DNA from: Sulfurimonadaceae bacterium | GTDB lineage: Bacteria > Campylobacterota > Campylobacteria > Campylobacterales > Sulfurimonadaceae | DNA: 64,000 nt | Direction of reading: 5' to 3' | Assembly: GCA_050290965.1 (NCBI GenBank) | Contig: JBNKJB010000012.1 | Location: forward strand, 2,650 to 66,649 | Shown here: positions 39,551-49,300 of the stretch, piece by piece | Layout of the letters: each line of letters starts with the position of its first letter | Position numbering within the stretch: position 1 is the first letter of the stretch | Notes under the pieces: generated by a model | What the model was told of the DNA's origin: nothing | The model's database searches: none | What the model saw: the letters and a program-made list of their open reading frames with translations, nothing else | Translations under genes and position numbers: made by a program

Positions 39551-40551
39551 TGATGAAATCTATTGTTGGAGCTCTTTTTATTGCACTGCTTACAGGTTGT
39601 GCCGCGCCCAAAGAGAAAGTGGTGGCAGAACCTGTAGCACTCCCATCGTGGTATATGCAGCCGCCTGCATCCAACGCAACAACACTTTATGGCACCGGCG
39701 AGGGGGCCAATCGTCAAGCAGCTATTGATGATGCACTCACCAACATGATTGCTACTTTTGGTGTTTCGGTTTCATCACGTTTTGAAGTTCATACTATTGA
39801 ATATCAAGGGCGAAATGATTCATTTGACAAACAGGTAGCGCAGCATACCAGCAGTGAGGTCAAAAAAATCCGTATTAGTGACTATGAGGTCACTGATATA
39901 CGTGAATTGGGCTATAAACGCATTATTGTACAGGTGCAAGCCAATAAAAAACGCTTGCTTGCAGGTATGATTGCCACTGCCGATCAGCAGCTACGTCAAT
40001 ATGAATTTGCTATGAAACGTTCACGCACGAATGATGAACTCAAACAGCTTGCTATTGTGCTTGATGCACTCAAAGCACTGCAGGATTTACCCGATACGTT
40101 GCTGGTTATGAACGCATTAGATAGCACGGCTGATACCAAAGCATTATTGCAGCGGTATGAGCAGTTTTTAGACCAAAAAAAGAGCCTCTTGCAGCGTATA
40201 GGTTTTGCGTTGCATAGTGATTTGGCTACTTTAAAAGCACCTGTGAGCAAGGGACTAAGCGAACATGCTTTTCATATGACATCAAATGCTTCGGCCCAAT
40301 TTGATATTTGGATTCATGCCACAATGAATCGCGCCGAGTCTCATGGCTTTACGCTGGCACGCACAACATTGGTGTTTGAAACCAAGGATCACCAAGGAAC
40401 CATTGTGGCCTCTAATACCTTGCAACTTACAGGACAATCCTCGCAAGGGTATGATATTGCACTTCAAAACGTAGTAGAGCGTTTAAATGAGCGTATTGCT
40501 TCTGAGGGGATCGAGAATATTTTAGGATGGCCGTTTCGATTAAATGACTGA
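39550..40551 (+). CDS. LPP20-family lipoprotein
   Basis: Lipobox LLTGC. PSWYMQPP..LYGTGEGANRQAAIDDALTNMIATFGVSVSS resembles the LPP20 signature. Its start overlaps the previous stop. Confidence 0.55.
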   Translation: MMKSIVGALFIALLTGCAAPKEKVVAEPVALPSWYMQPPASNATTLYGTGEGANRQAAIDDALTNMIATFGVSVSSRFEVHTIEYQGRNDSFDKQVAQHTSSEVKKIRISDYEVTDIRELGYKRIIVQVQANKKRLLAGMIATADQQLRQYEFAMKRSRTNDELKQLAIVLDALKALQDLPDTLLVMNALDSTADTKALLQRYEQFLDQKKSLLQRIGFALHSDLATLKAPVSKGLSEHAFHMTSNASAQFDIWIHATMNRAESHGFTLARTTLVFETKDHQGTIVASNTLQLTGQSSQGYDIALQNVVERLNERIASEGIENILGWPFRLND

Positions 40552-40578
40552 TGTAGATGTTTTCCACTACGACTTTTT

Positions 40579-40588
40579 TTACATGTAA
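40579..40588. repeat. TTACATGTAA palindrome between the lipoprotein genes and the ech operon
   Basis: Exact 10-mer, 28 nt after the LPP20-like stop. Confidence 0.95.
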
Positions 40589-40684
40589 TCATACAATTCA
40601 GATATTTTTCCCACATACTAACGCAAGCAACGATAAATGCGCAGCAATGTTAGTTTTTGTAATACAACACTGAGTTTAGCGTAG

Positions 40685-40690
40685 TATAAT
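40685..40690 (+). promoter_or_regulatory. Candidate -10 box (TATAAT) of the ech operon
   Basis: TAGTATAAT lies 27 nt upstream of the ATG at 40717. RBS TAGGAG is at 40705-40710. Confidence 0.35.
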
Positions 40691-40716
40691 GGTGTAGATT
40701 CGATTAGGAGTAGGCC

Positions 40717-42468
40717 ATGTCTAATCTTGCCATATTGCTGTTATTACCCCTTTTTTCAGGCCTTGTGTATCCTTATATGAAAAGCACTGCACAGCAATAT
40801 GTGCTGCTTGGCATTACGGTGGTACCGTTGATTTTCATTACGATTGGCTTACTATCGATACCAAACTATCATTTACTGTGGGAAGGGCATAACACTCTTT
40901 CGTTTCTCTTTTTGATTGCGGATATGCTGTTGTTACTTTTTTTTGCTTATGTGGGGTATCGTCATCGCAATATGAAAGTGGCACTCTTAGCGATAGCGCA
41001 GCTTGTTTTATATGGTATTATCGAAATGACGCTAAGGCATATTGACGGCGTTTTGATTAGTATTGACAGGCTGTCAATTATTATGTTTGGTATTATTAAT
41101 ATTGTCGGTGGCCTTATTGTTGTATATGCGCAGGCCTATATGCACGATGAAAAGCTTGAAGCGAGCCAAAGAGCACGTTTTATGGCGCTGCTGCTCTTTT
41201 TTATTGTTATTATGAATAGCATCGTTGTTGTCAATTCACTACTGCTTTTTTTCTTTTTGTTTGAACTCACCACGCTGTTTTCGTATTTGCTGATTCGTTT
41301 TCGCAACGATGAGACGGCAATAGATAACGCACTACGGGCCTTGTGGATGAATCAAATTGGTGGCTTGGGTTTGTTAGCAGCCATATTTGCAGGCAGTGCA
41401 CTCTACAATACCTTTTATATTGATGTGTTACTTCAGCAAGGGTTTGCTCCTGCGGTGGTGGTATTTTTGGCATTTTCGGCGTTTGTTAAAGCGGCGGCAT
41501 TGCCTTTTGATCGTTGGCTGCTTGGGGCTATGGTGGCGCCAACGCCTGTGAGTGCCATGCTGCATTCGGCTACTATGGTTAAAATTGCGCCATTTATGAT
41601 TTTGAAATTTTCACCGCTTTTGGGGAGCGTTGGCGTTGTTGTAGGTGTTATTGGTGCGCTGGTGTTTGCGGCGGCTTCGTATATTGCGCTTTCAAAAACG
41701 CTGCTCAAAGAGATTTTAGGTTATTCCACCATTGCACTGTTGGGGCTAATGATGGCGCTAGGTGCATCAGGAACGCAAGAGGGATACGATGCGGCATTGG
41801 TGCTAATGGTATTTCATGCTCTTGCTAAAGCGCTGCTATTTTTAGTGGCAGGGTGGCTGGAAAAACGCTATGGTTTTAAAGATGTTTATCAAATGCAAGC
41901 TCTTAGCGAACGCTCTATGGCTGCCACGTTGATGCTGCTTTTTGGATTTATGGCCTTAACACTTCCGCCTTTTGGACTTTTTATGGGTAAAGTTTTGGCA
42001 ATTGAGAGCACCGCCTTATTGCTGCATACCAGCGCTTTATACCTCATTGTGCTTTTGGGCATTTTAATGGGCAGCGCGTTATTGGTGCTGCTTTATTTTA
42101 AAGTGGCTTCGTTTTTATTGTCCCATCGTGATGATACGCAGATACTGCCGCGTGATGCGATTGATTGGGGTTATGCACTGCCGCTGTATGTGTTGGCATT
42201 TATACAGCTGGGAATGAGTTTGTATCTGCTGGCAACATGGGCAAGCTTTTGGTCTGTTTTTATTGGGATAATGGCGCTGTTACTCTTGGGTGCTCTTTTA
42301 TTATGGCGCTGGATTGGGCGTTTTGATCGTGCTAAACCTTATCATTGTGGCGAAAGCAGTGCTTTTGAGCAGGCCTTTTATCAGATGCAGTTACATTTTT
42401 ATAAAAGCATGCAGTATGGATTTATACTGCTTTTTGGCATTTTACTAGGCGTGGGAGTACTGTTATGA
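40717..42468 (+). CDS. echA: Ech-type hydrogenase membrane subunit (NuoL/HyfB antiporter-like)
   Basis: 583 aa polytopic protein with NuoL-like conserved stretches (AAALPFDRWLLGAMVAPTPVSAMLHSATMV). First gene of a six-gene cluster in echABCDEF order. Confidence 0.8.
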   Translation: MSNLAILLLLPLFSGLVYPYMKSTAQQYVLLGITVVPLIFITIGLLSIPNYHLLWEGHNTLSFLFLIADMLLLLFFAYVGYRHRNMKVALLAIAQLVLYGIIEMTLRHIDGVLISIDRLSIIMFGIINIVGGLIVVYAQAYMHDEKLEASQRARFMALLLFFIVIMNSIVVVNSLLLFFFLFELTTLFSYLLIRFRNDETAIDNALRALWMNQIGGLGLLAAIFAGSALYNTFYIDVLLQQGFAPAVVVFLAFSAFVKAAALPFDRWLLGAMVAPTPVSAMLHSATMVKIAPFMILKFSPLLGSVGVVVGVIGALVFAAASYIALSKTLLKEILGYSTIALLGLMMALGASGTQEGYDAALVLMVFHALAKALLFLVAGWLEKRYGFKDVYQMQALSERSMAATLMLLFGFMALTLPPFGLFMGKVLAIESTALLLHTSALYLIVLLGILMGSALLVLLYFKVASFLLSHRDDTQILPRDAIDWGYALPLYVLAFIQLGMSLYLLATWASFWSVFIGIMALLLLGALLLWRWIGRFDRAKPYHCGESSAFEQAFYQMQLHFYKSMQYGFILLFGILLGVGVLL

Positions 42469-43283
42469 GCTGGCTTTTAACACTGTTTGCCCCCATACTT
42501 GGTGCTTTGGTTTATGGTTTTGAGCGGCGTGTTCGTGCGCGTATGCAGCAGCGTATGGGGCCGCCGCTCTTGCAGCCATTTTATGATATGTTCAAACTGA
42601 TGGATAAACGTACTTTGGTAGTGCACTCGTTACATGCAATGCTGGCAATCGTGCACTTTGTCATACTTTGGATGGCCGTAGCAGCGATTTTTCTGGGCTT
42701 TAATCTTATCTATGCCATTTTCTTGCATCTCTTTGCGCTGATTGCTTTGGTTGTGGCTGCGTATAGTGTAAAGTCGGTTTATTCACACATTGGCGCCAAT
42801 CGTGAATTGATTGCTTTGGTGGCGTATGAGCCGGTGCTGCTGCTTATTGTGGTGGGGTTTTATTTGGCAACGGGCAGTTTTGAAGCCAGTGCTGTTTTGG
42901 CACATCCCGCCATGATTTTGCAGATGCCGCTTTTTTTTGCAGCACTTTTGCTGGTGATACCGCTAAAACTTAAAAAATCGCCTTTTGATGTGGTTGAAGC
43001 GCATCAAGAGATTGTTGGCGGTGTCGAGGTGGAGTTTAGCGGGCTCTTTTATGAGTTTATTTATATGGCGCGTTTTTTAGAATATCTGTTTGTATATGCG
43101 CTGGTTTTCCTGTTTGGCGGCGCTTCTTATTGGTTGGGAGCTTTGCTGATTGGCTTGGTTTTTTTACTTGTTAATTTGGTAGATAATGCCACCGCAAGGC
43201 TACGTCAAGACCAGATGCAGCCGTTTTTTATTGCTGCGGCTTTGATGCTTGCTAGTGTTAATATATTATGGATGCTCTTATGA
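42465..43283 (+). CDS. echB: Ech-type hydrogenase membrane subunit (NuoH/HycD-like)
   Basis: FERRVRARMQQRMGPP, SPFDVVEAHQEIVGGVEVEFSG. 4-nt overlap with echA. Confidence 0.85.
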   Translation: MSWLLTLFAPILGALVYGFERRVRARMQQRMGPPLLQPFYDMFKLMDKRTLVVHSLHAMLAIVHFVILWMAVAAIFLGFNLIYAIFLHLFALIALVVAAYSVKSVYSHIGANRELIALVAYEPVLLLIVVGFYLATGSFEASAVLAHPAMILQMPLFFAALLLVIPLKLKKSPFDVVEAHQEIVGGVEVEFSGLFYEFIYMARFLEYLFVYALVFLFGGASYWLGALLIGLVFLLVNLVDNATARLRQDQMQPFFIAAALMLASVNILWMLL

Positions 43284-43807
43284 AATTTTTTAGCTCTTTT
43301 CGAAAAAAATCGCCCTGGATCACCCACTATAATGCCGGAAGCTGTAACGGATGTGATATTGAGATATTGGCGGCACTAGGCCCACGTTTTGATTTGGAGC
43401 GTTTTGGCGTGATTAATACCGGTAATCCCAAACACTCTGATGTTTTTTTAGTAACGGGGCCGGTGACGTATCGCTCACGTGAGCGCTTGATAGAGCTGTA
43501 TACCCTGATGCCCGAACCCAAGGTGGTAGTAGCGCTAGGCTCTTGTACCTGTACGGGAGGAGTGTTTCGGGGAATGGATAATGTTGAAGACGGCATCGAT
43601 CGTTACATTCCTGTGGATGTGTACATTCCCGGATGCGCTGCGTCACCGCAACTGATTATTGATGGACTGGTGCAGGCTCTTGATATACTAGAGCGCAAAA
43701 GTAAAGAGCTTGAGGTTCCCTACAAACTTTTTGGGGTATACAAACCTTTTGATAAAACTCATATGGCACTAAAGGTAGATGATGCAAAAGATAAACACAA
43801 CACTTGA
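43268..43807 (+). CDS. echC: Ech-type [NiFe] hydrogenase small subunit (NuoB-like)
   Basis: Cluster cysteines appear in SCNGCDIE, GSCTCTGG and IPGCAASP. Confidence 0.88.
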   Translation: MDALMKFFSSFRKKSPWITHYNAGSCNGCDIEILAALGPRFDLERFGVINTGNPKHSDVFLVTGPVTYRSRERLIELYTLMPEPKVVVALGSCTCTGGVFRGMDNVEDGIDRYIPVDVYIPGCAASPQLIIDGLVQALDILERKSKELEVPYKLFGVYKPFDKTHMALKVDDAKDKHNT

Positions 43808-44126
43808 GCGTGTCTATAATGACATTCAGGAATTTTATGATCCCCGTGCATGGCATTTTTTGACAATAAACGGGATTGATGCGGGTGATGAAGGTGTGAT
43901 TTTGCAATGGATCTTTTCGCAGTATGGACATAAAGATATGATTGTAATATTTGAGCTTACATGTAACTATGAAAGCAGGGTGCCTTCGATGGTAACACTG
44001 ATTCCTTCGGCATTTTTGAGTGAGCGCGAAGTGGTGGATATGTTTGGCTTACATGTAGAAGGTGCCACACCGGGACTCTACCTTGATAACGACTCTAGAC
44101 CGTCACCGTTACGGAGAAATTCATGA
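43779..44126 (+). CDS. echD: Ech-type hydrogenase small accessory subunit (EchD/NuoC-like)
   Basis: 115 aa, in the position of echD between the small and large subunit genes. SEREVVDMFG resembles the NuoC C-terminal motif. Confidence 0.6.
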   Translation: MMQKINTTLERVYNDIQEFYDPRAWHFLTINGIDAGDEGVILQWIFSQYGHKDMIVIFELTCNYESRVPSMVTLIPSAFLSEREVVDMFGLHVEGATPGLYLDNDSRPSPLRRNS

Positions 44127-45208
44127 AAAAAACCGTTGAAATTCCTTTGGGTTCGCAGCATATTGCGTTGCTTGAGCCGGTACGCTTTCGTTTTGAATGT
44201 GAGAATGAGACCATTATTGGTGTTGATGCCGATGTGGGTTTTGTGCATCGGGGTGTTGAAAGGGCCTGTACTAGTAATTTTGAGTATAAACAAGTGGGCT
44301 ATGTTGTGGCAAGGGTGTGCGGATTGTGTGCCATTACCCACTCGCTCTCCTACACCCTGGCAGTCGAAAAACTGCTGGAGCTTGAGCTCAATATGCGCAT
44401 TAAATATTTACGAATACTTATGGTAGAACTTGATCGCATTCATTCGCACATGCTTGCTTTGGCGCATACTGCCGAAAATGCAGGCTTTGAAGCACTTTTT
44501 ATGCAGGTGATGAATGATCGGGAACTGGTTATGGATATTCAAGAGTCCATTAGCGGTAATCGCATTCAGTTTGATTATATTGCTATTGGAGGTGTCAACC
44601 GTGATTTGAGCGCAGAAAGTGAAGCACTCCTGCGTAAAAATTTGGGGCTTTTAAAACCCAAGATTGATGCGCTGATGGAGCAGTTTGAAAACAACTGGAG
44701 CCTCTCGCTTCGTTATAAAAACATTGGTGTTCTTAGCCAAGATGATGCTTACATGTATAATGCATTAGGGCCACTAGCAAGAGCAGCAGGTGTCCCCACC
44801 GATGTGCGCAATGAGAGCAGTGATTTTCCCTATGAAGCTCTGGGTTTTGAGATGATACTTGAATCTACAGGCGACATTTATGCCCGAAATCGGGTGCGGC
44901 TTCGTGAAATATATAACTCGTTACAGATCTGTTTTAATATTGTTGATGGCCTCCCTGAAGGAGAACTGATGCAAAAAATCAAAGGAAAACCTAACGGTGA
45001 GGCTGTGGTGCGTTTGGAAGCACCGCGCGGAGAACTCTTTTATCTGATACGTGGCGATGGCAAAAATGTGCTGGAACGTGTACGGATTAAAACGCCTACT
45101 TTTTCGGGTATTCCCGCCATGATCGAAGTCTTTAAAGGCAGCCGTTACGCTGATGCTCCTGCGATTTTGGCATCGTTTGATCCTTGTATGTCATGTACGG
45201 CCAAGTGA
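44123..45208 (+). CDS. echE: Ech-type (group 4) [NiFe] hydrogenase large subunit
   Basis: N-terminal Ni-Fe motif RVCGLCAITHS and C-terminal DPCMSCTAK. The protein ends 3 residues after the last Cys, so there is no cleavable extension. Confidence 0.9.
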   Translation: MKKTVEIPLGSQHIALLEPVRFRFECENETIIGVDADVGFVHRGVERACTSNFEYKQVGYVVARVCGLCAITHSLSYTLAVEKLLELELNMRIKYLRILMVELDRIHSHMLALAHTAENAGFEALFMQVMNDRELVMDIQESISGNRIQFDYIAIGGVNRDLSAESEALLRKNLGLLKPKIDALMEQFENNWSLSLRYKNIGVLSQDDAYMYNALGPLARAAGVPTDVRNESSDFPYEALGFEMILESTGDIYARNRVRLREIYNSLQICFNIVDGLPEGELMQKIKGKPNGEAVVRLEAPRGELFYLIRGDGKNVLERVRIKTPTFSGIPAMIEVFKGSRYADAPAILASFDPCMSCTAK

Positions 45209-45215
45209 GTAGAGT

Positions 45216-45632
45216 ATGATTAATTCGATGATTCAAGCGCTTAAAAATCTGTTTTCAAAGCCTGCAACACATGCCTATCCACAAATCCCGCTGCCACTGC
45301 CCGATCACTATCGCGGGCTTATTGAATTTAATGAAAATCACTGTATTTATTGTGACAAATGCGAAAAAGTCTGTCCGCCGCGCGCTATTGTGTTTTCTCA
45401 ACACGAAGATGGTTCTAAAACCTATAACTACAATCCGTGGCTCTGTATTTATTGCAGCGAATGTGTGCGTGCGTGCCCCAAACCAGGCGAGGCACTATGG
45501 CAAAGTGAGAGCAAACCTTTGGTGGCTTTGAAAAACAAAGATGTCAATGGCGCATGGTTTGTCTGGCAAAAACATGCGGCTGCAAGCAGGGCAGAGTATA
45601 AAGAGCGCAAAAGCGCTAAGAAAGATAATTAG
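45216..45632 (+). CDS. echF: Ech-type hydrogenase 2x[4Fe-4S] ferredoxin subunit (NuoI/HycF-like)
   Basis: CIYCDKCEKVCP and CIYCSECVRACP. Confidence 0.88.
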   Translation: MINSMIQALKNLFSKPATHAYPQIPLPLPDHYRGLIEFNENHCIYCDKCEKVCPPRAIVFSQHEDGSKTYNYNPWLCIYCSECVRACPKPGEALWQSESKPLVALKNKDVNGAWFVWQKHAAASRAEYKERKSAKKDN

Positions 45633-46901
45633 ATGCGTTTTGGTTTTATGATTTTTGTTTTTGTTTTTGCTCTGGTAGCATGGAAGTTTGTTGAACAACA
45701 AGCGCGCATTGCACAGGGAGACGTGCAAATAAGAAAAACCCTTCCCATGAATATTGCACTTGAAAAAGTTGAAGCACGAACCTATCTTGATCGTATACGA
45801 GATGCCATGCATATGCAGCAATTGCTGCCAAATTCTATGCTAGAGTCTGCGGCACAAGCCCATGCTAATTATCTTTTGTTTAATAATATCTCTAGCCACA
45901 ACGAAACACAAGGGCTTCATCATTTTACAGGTGTAACACCAGCAGATCGGGCGTTTCATGCCGGGTATTTATCGTCTCATGTCAGCGAGAACCTTTCAAC
46001 TAAAAATCCTAGTGCAGAGCGTTCTATGGATGGACTTTTTTCTGCTATTTATCATAGATTTGGTTTTTTGAGCCCTGATATTGATGAAATTGGCATAGGA
46101 ATTACACAAGATCAAAATAATAGTGACAAAAGTGTTTTTGTTTATCTGATGGGTCATGCACAGCTTAATAAGCTCTGTGATGCAAAAGATTTTAGCAGCA
46201 ATGGCAATTATGTCTATAAGGTTTGTAAGGATGAAAAATTTCGTATTAAAAAAAGCCTTTTTAGCACGGCGCTTAATGATAGTAAGCGTGAGAACCCAAA
46301 AATAATTTTTTATCCGTATGACAATCAACAAAATATCGTGCCTGCATTTTATGCAGAAGATCCCGATCCGCTACCTGATTATGAAGTGAGTGGCTTTCCT
46401 ATTAGTATTGAATTTAATGATTATTTTTTTGATGATGTGAAACTGCTCTCTTTTAGGCTTTATATGCAAGACACGGAGATCAGCGATGTGCGATTGATGG
46501 ATGAACATAATGATCCCAATCAAAAGTTGAAACACAATCAGTATGCGCTTTTTCCATTAAAAAGACTCGAATATGACACGCAGTATCGTGCTGAAGTTAT
46601 CTATAGATCCAGGCAAAAGACAGAGACGCTTGTGTGGCATTTTCAAACGCAAAAGTTTCAACAGCCTTTGCATATTATTACACAAAAAGAAGAGACTCTA
46701 AATTTAGAGGACACTCAAGAACAGGTAATCTATTTTCGTCCGCTTAATGCTTCTGAGTTGCTTTTAAATTTTAAATTTCCCAGAAGTGTTGATGTTGATT
46801 TTATTGATTACAATACCATCAAACTCCACTTTCAATCGGATGCAACAAAAACATTTGATATTGTCTCTGATCAGCGACGCTTACATGTAAGCGTAAAATA
46901 A
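45633..46901 (+). CDS. Membrane-anchored or secreted CAP/SCP-domain protein
   Basis: N-terminal hydrophobic helix. AAQAHANYLL..SHNE and the GHAQ region resemble the SCP/CAP fold. Its ATG immediately follows the echF stop codon. Confidence 0.5.
   Translation: MRFGFMIFVFVFALVAWKFVEQQARIAQGDVQIRKTLPMNIALEKVEARTYLDRIRDAMHMQQLLPNSMLESAAQAHANYLLFNNISSHNETQGLHHFTGVTPADRAFHAGYLSSHVSENLSTKNPSAERSMDGLFSAIYHRFGFLSPDIDEIGIGITQDQNNSDKSVFVYLMGHAQLNKLCDAKDFSSNGNYVYKVCKDEKFRIKKSLFSTALNDSKRENPKIIFYPYDNQQNIVPAFYAEDPDPLPDYEVSGFPISIEFNDYFFDDVKLLSFRLYMQDTEISDVRLMDEHNDPNQKLKHNQYALFPLKRLEYDTQYRAEVIYRSRQKTETLVWHFQTQKFQQPLHIITQKEETLNLEDTQEQVIYFRPLNASELLLNFKFPRSVDVDFIDYNTIKLHFQSDATKTFDIVSDQRRLHVSVK
46877..46894. repeat. 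18-bp perfect palindrome ACGCTTACATGTAAGCGT (extended copy of the iterated motif)
   Basis: Lies in the last codons of the CAP-domain CDS (RLHVSVK, stop at 46899-46901). Confidence 0.95.
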
Positions 46902-46913
46902 GGAGCAGAAGAA

Positions 46914-47504
46914 ATGATAGAGAGCCATACGGAATATTTTGAAGAGACGTTTCAAGCCTTGAAACTTGGCGGTATAAAGATTGCCAATACCGAGTTTGAG
47001 GGGTGTGTCTTTCGTTCTTGTGATTTTGACGCTACATTTTTTTCTACATGTAAGTTCATTGAGTGCCGTTTTGAAGCGTGCAATTTAAGTGTGGCCAAAT
47101 TAACAGGATCAAAGCTGGGCGATGTGGAGTTTGTATCCTCAAAGCTCATTGGTATTGATTGGACGATGTGCGATTGGGATAGCCTGCTTGGTAGTGAAGG
47201 AGTGCGTTTTTATGCATCGCATTTAAATGACGGTAATTTTCATGCCCTAACACTGGACCGACTTATTATGAAAGAGTGCTTTGCAAAAGATGCCGATTTT
47301 CGCAACGCTTCATTGAAAAATGCCGATTTGAGGGGCACCGATTTTCTTGGCGCACTCTTTCAAGACACGCACCTAGATTATGCCGATTTTACCGAGGCAA
47401 AAAACATTGCGCTAAAACTCTGCACCAATCATTTACAAGGAACACGAATGAGCCATTATGAAGCGCTGAGTTTGCTTGAAGCAACTGGCATTGTGGTGAC
47501 GTGA
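46914..47504 (+). CDS. Pentapeptide-repeat protein
   Basis: Runs of A(D/N)LXX-type pentapeptides, for example FEGCVFRSCDFDATFFSTCKFIECRFEACNLSVAKL and ADFRNASLKNADLRGTDFLGALFQDTHLDYADF. Confidence 0.85.
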   Translation: MIESHTEYFEETFQALKLGGIKIANTEFEGCVFRSCDFDATFFSTCKFIECRFEACNLSVAKLTGSKLGDVEFVSSKLIGIDWTMCDWDSLLGSEGVRFYASHLNDGNFHALTLDRLIMKECFAKDADFRNASLKNADLRGTDFLGALFQDTHLDYADFTEAKNIALKLCTNHLQGTRMSHYEALSLLEATGIVVT

Positions 47505-47586
47505 GTTTAACATTCTCAATCAGTGTTTGTTTCAAAAAAAGTTTGCGTCATGATACAGAGTAAAGAGACAATGATATTCATAGCTT

Positions 47587-47595
47587 TGCTATAAT
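47587..47595 (+). promoter_or_regulatory. Candidate extended -10 promoter (TGCTATAAT) for the tamA-like operon
   Basis: Lies 23 nt upstream of the TTG start at 47618. RBS GGAG is at 47609-47612. Confidence 0.35.
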
Positions 47596-47617
47596 CACGG
47601 TAAAAACTGGAGATGCG

Positions 47618-49300
47618 TTGCGATATTTCGTACTGCTTTTGGCTTGCCAACTTATTGCTGCGCCGCTTCCGCTCTATTTTTCGGGTAATGAACAATTTAG
47701 TGATCGTGAGTTGTATGAGGGAATCGGGCTAAATCTTCCCTATTTTTATCAGTTTTGGCGTAGTGAACCGGCTTTGGAACCCTCACGCAGTGGGCTCTAT
47801 GCAACAACCTTGCAGGAGTTTTACAAAAGCCGTGGTTTTTACCATGCTAAAGTGCATGAAATCGTGAACAAAGATGCCATACGTTTTGCAATAAGTGAAG
47901 GTCCTGAAGTTATTATTGACGATGTCACGGTTGTTTCAAGGCTGGATGTAAGCAACGATATCCAAAGTAAAGTCGAAGAGCGTTTTGATGCGGCAACGTT
48001 TGTAGAGGATAAAAAGCGTATTTTAAAACGTGCTTATGATCACGGGCACTGCAATGCAACACTCAATTCCAAGGCATGGATTGACAGAGAAAAAAACAGA
48101 GCCTATCTGCTTTTTGAGCTGACACGCGGCGAGCAGTGCCGTTTTGGCCCTATACATGTAACAACCGATGAGACGCTTGCGCCTTGGCTGGCCAAATCTT
48201 TTTTGCGCTACAAAGAAAACGATCCGTTTTCAAGTGAAAAAATCCGCCAGAGTTATGACATGCTTTATGCACAATCGGGTATTGCCAAAGCCAATATTGA
48301 ACTTGAAGAGCATAACGGATCAGTTGTTCCGACAACCTTACATGTAAGTGTGCGTGAAGATCCCGTACGCTTTGAAGGTGGTGTAGGCTATAACAGTGAT
48401 GAAGGTTTTGTAATTCAAGGTGGTATTAAACATCGCAATCTTTTTGGAGATCTTCGTACCCTTGGGCTAGAGGGGCGATACTCACCCATTCGTCAGGAGA
48501 TTAAAAGCACCTTCACCATGCCACTGCCCGATCATAATCTTTTAGGCACCATCTTGGGTTATAAAAATGAGCGCTTTGACGGCTATAAAGAGCGTAGCCG
48601 CTATCTAAAGCCTTATCTGCAGCAATATGATCAGCCGCACTCTTATAACGAAGCCATTTTGATTGATGAGGCCAAAACGTACGACAGTAGTGACGAGGCA
48701 CTTTTTCCTGAAAATACGCTCTTTGTAACATCGTTGCAATTGGGATGGAAATTTGATGTGCGAGATCACTTGCTAGAACCAACACGCGGATACTACCTTT
48801 TTGCCGAAGTACAAGGCTCTAAAAGCTCCGTAATCTCCGATGCCACTTATATGAAAGCCCGAGTTGGCGGCGCACGCATTTTTTCCTATCACGATCATGT
48901 TTTTGGCCTGAAAGCGCATTTAGGTTCCATTCGTCGCTACGAAGGCGATTTGCCATCATCATACCGTTTTTATGCCGGAGGGATCAACTCCAACCGTGCC
49001 TATACCTATCGTTCTCTTGGGCCAAGTAATGATAATGGTGATCCCATTGGATTTAATGCGCTTTTTGAGGGCACTGCCGAATATCGTTACGCCATCTATA
49101 ACGAATTAAGAGGGGTTGTTTTTAGCGATGTTACGCTGATTGGGCAAGAGTATCTTCCCGATCAAAACAAAGCTTATACGGCTGTGGGGGTGGGACTACG
49201 CTATAGCACTCCCATTGGTCCGCTAGGCATTGATGTGGGAATGGATGTTGAAAATCCTTCGCAATATGCAGTGCATTTTCATATTGGAGAGCTTTTTTGA
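47618..49300 (+). CDS. tamA: BamA/TamA-family outer-membrane protein (TamA-like)
   Basis: TTG start, signal peptide, POTRA-like N-terminus and an Omp85 barrel ending HFHIGELF. Paired with a TamB-like gene. Confidence 0.7.
   Translation: MRYFVLLLACQLIAAPLPLYFSGNEQFSDRELYEGIGLNLPYFYQFWRSEPALEPSRSGLYATTLQEFYKSRGFYHAKVHEIVNKDAIRFAISEGPEVIIDDVTVVSRLDVSNDIQSKVEERFDAATFVEDKKRILKRAYDHGHCNATLNSKAWIDREKNRAYLLFELTRGEQCRFGPIHVTTDETLAPWLAKSFLRYKENDPFSSEKIRQSYDMLYAQSGIAKANIELEEHNGSVVPTTLHVSVREDPVRFEGGVGYNSDEGFVIQGGIKHRNLFGDLRTLGLEGRYSPIRQEIKSTFTMPLPDHNLLGTILGYKNERFDGYKERSRYLKPYLQQYDQPHSYNEAILIDEAKTYDSSDEALFPENTLFVTSLQLGWKFDVRDHLLEPTRGYYLFAEVQGSKSSVISDATYMKARVGGARIFSYHDHVFGLKAHLGSIRRYEGDLPSSYRFYAGGINSNRAYTYRSLGPSNDNGDPIGFNALFEGTAEYRYAIYNELRGVVFSDVTLIGQEYLPDQNKAYTAVGVGLRYSTPIGPLGIDVGMDVENPSQYAVHFHIGELF

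Noticed and set aside
45271-45279. CTATCCACA, a near-match to the DnaA box, considered as a hint of a replication origin.
   Set aside because: It is a single 8/9 match inside the echF coding sequence. There is no cluster of boxes and no adjacent AT-rich unwinding element.
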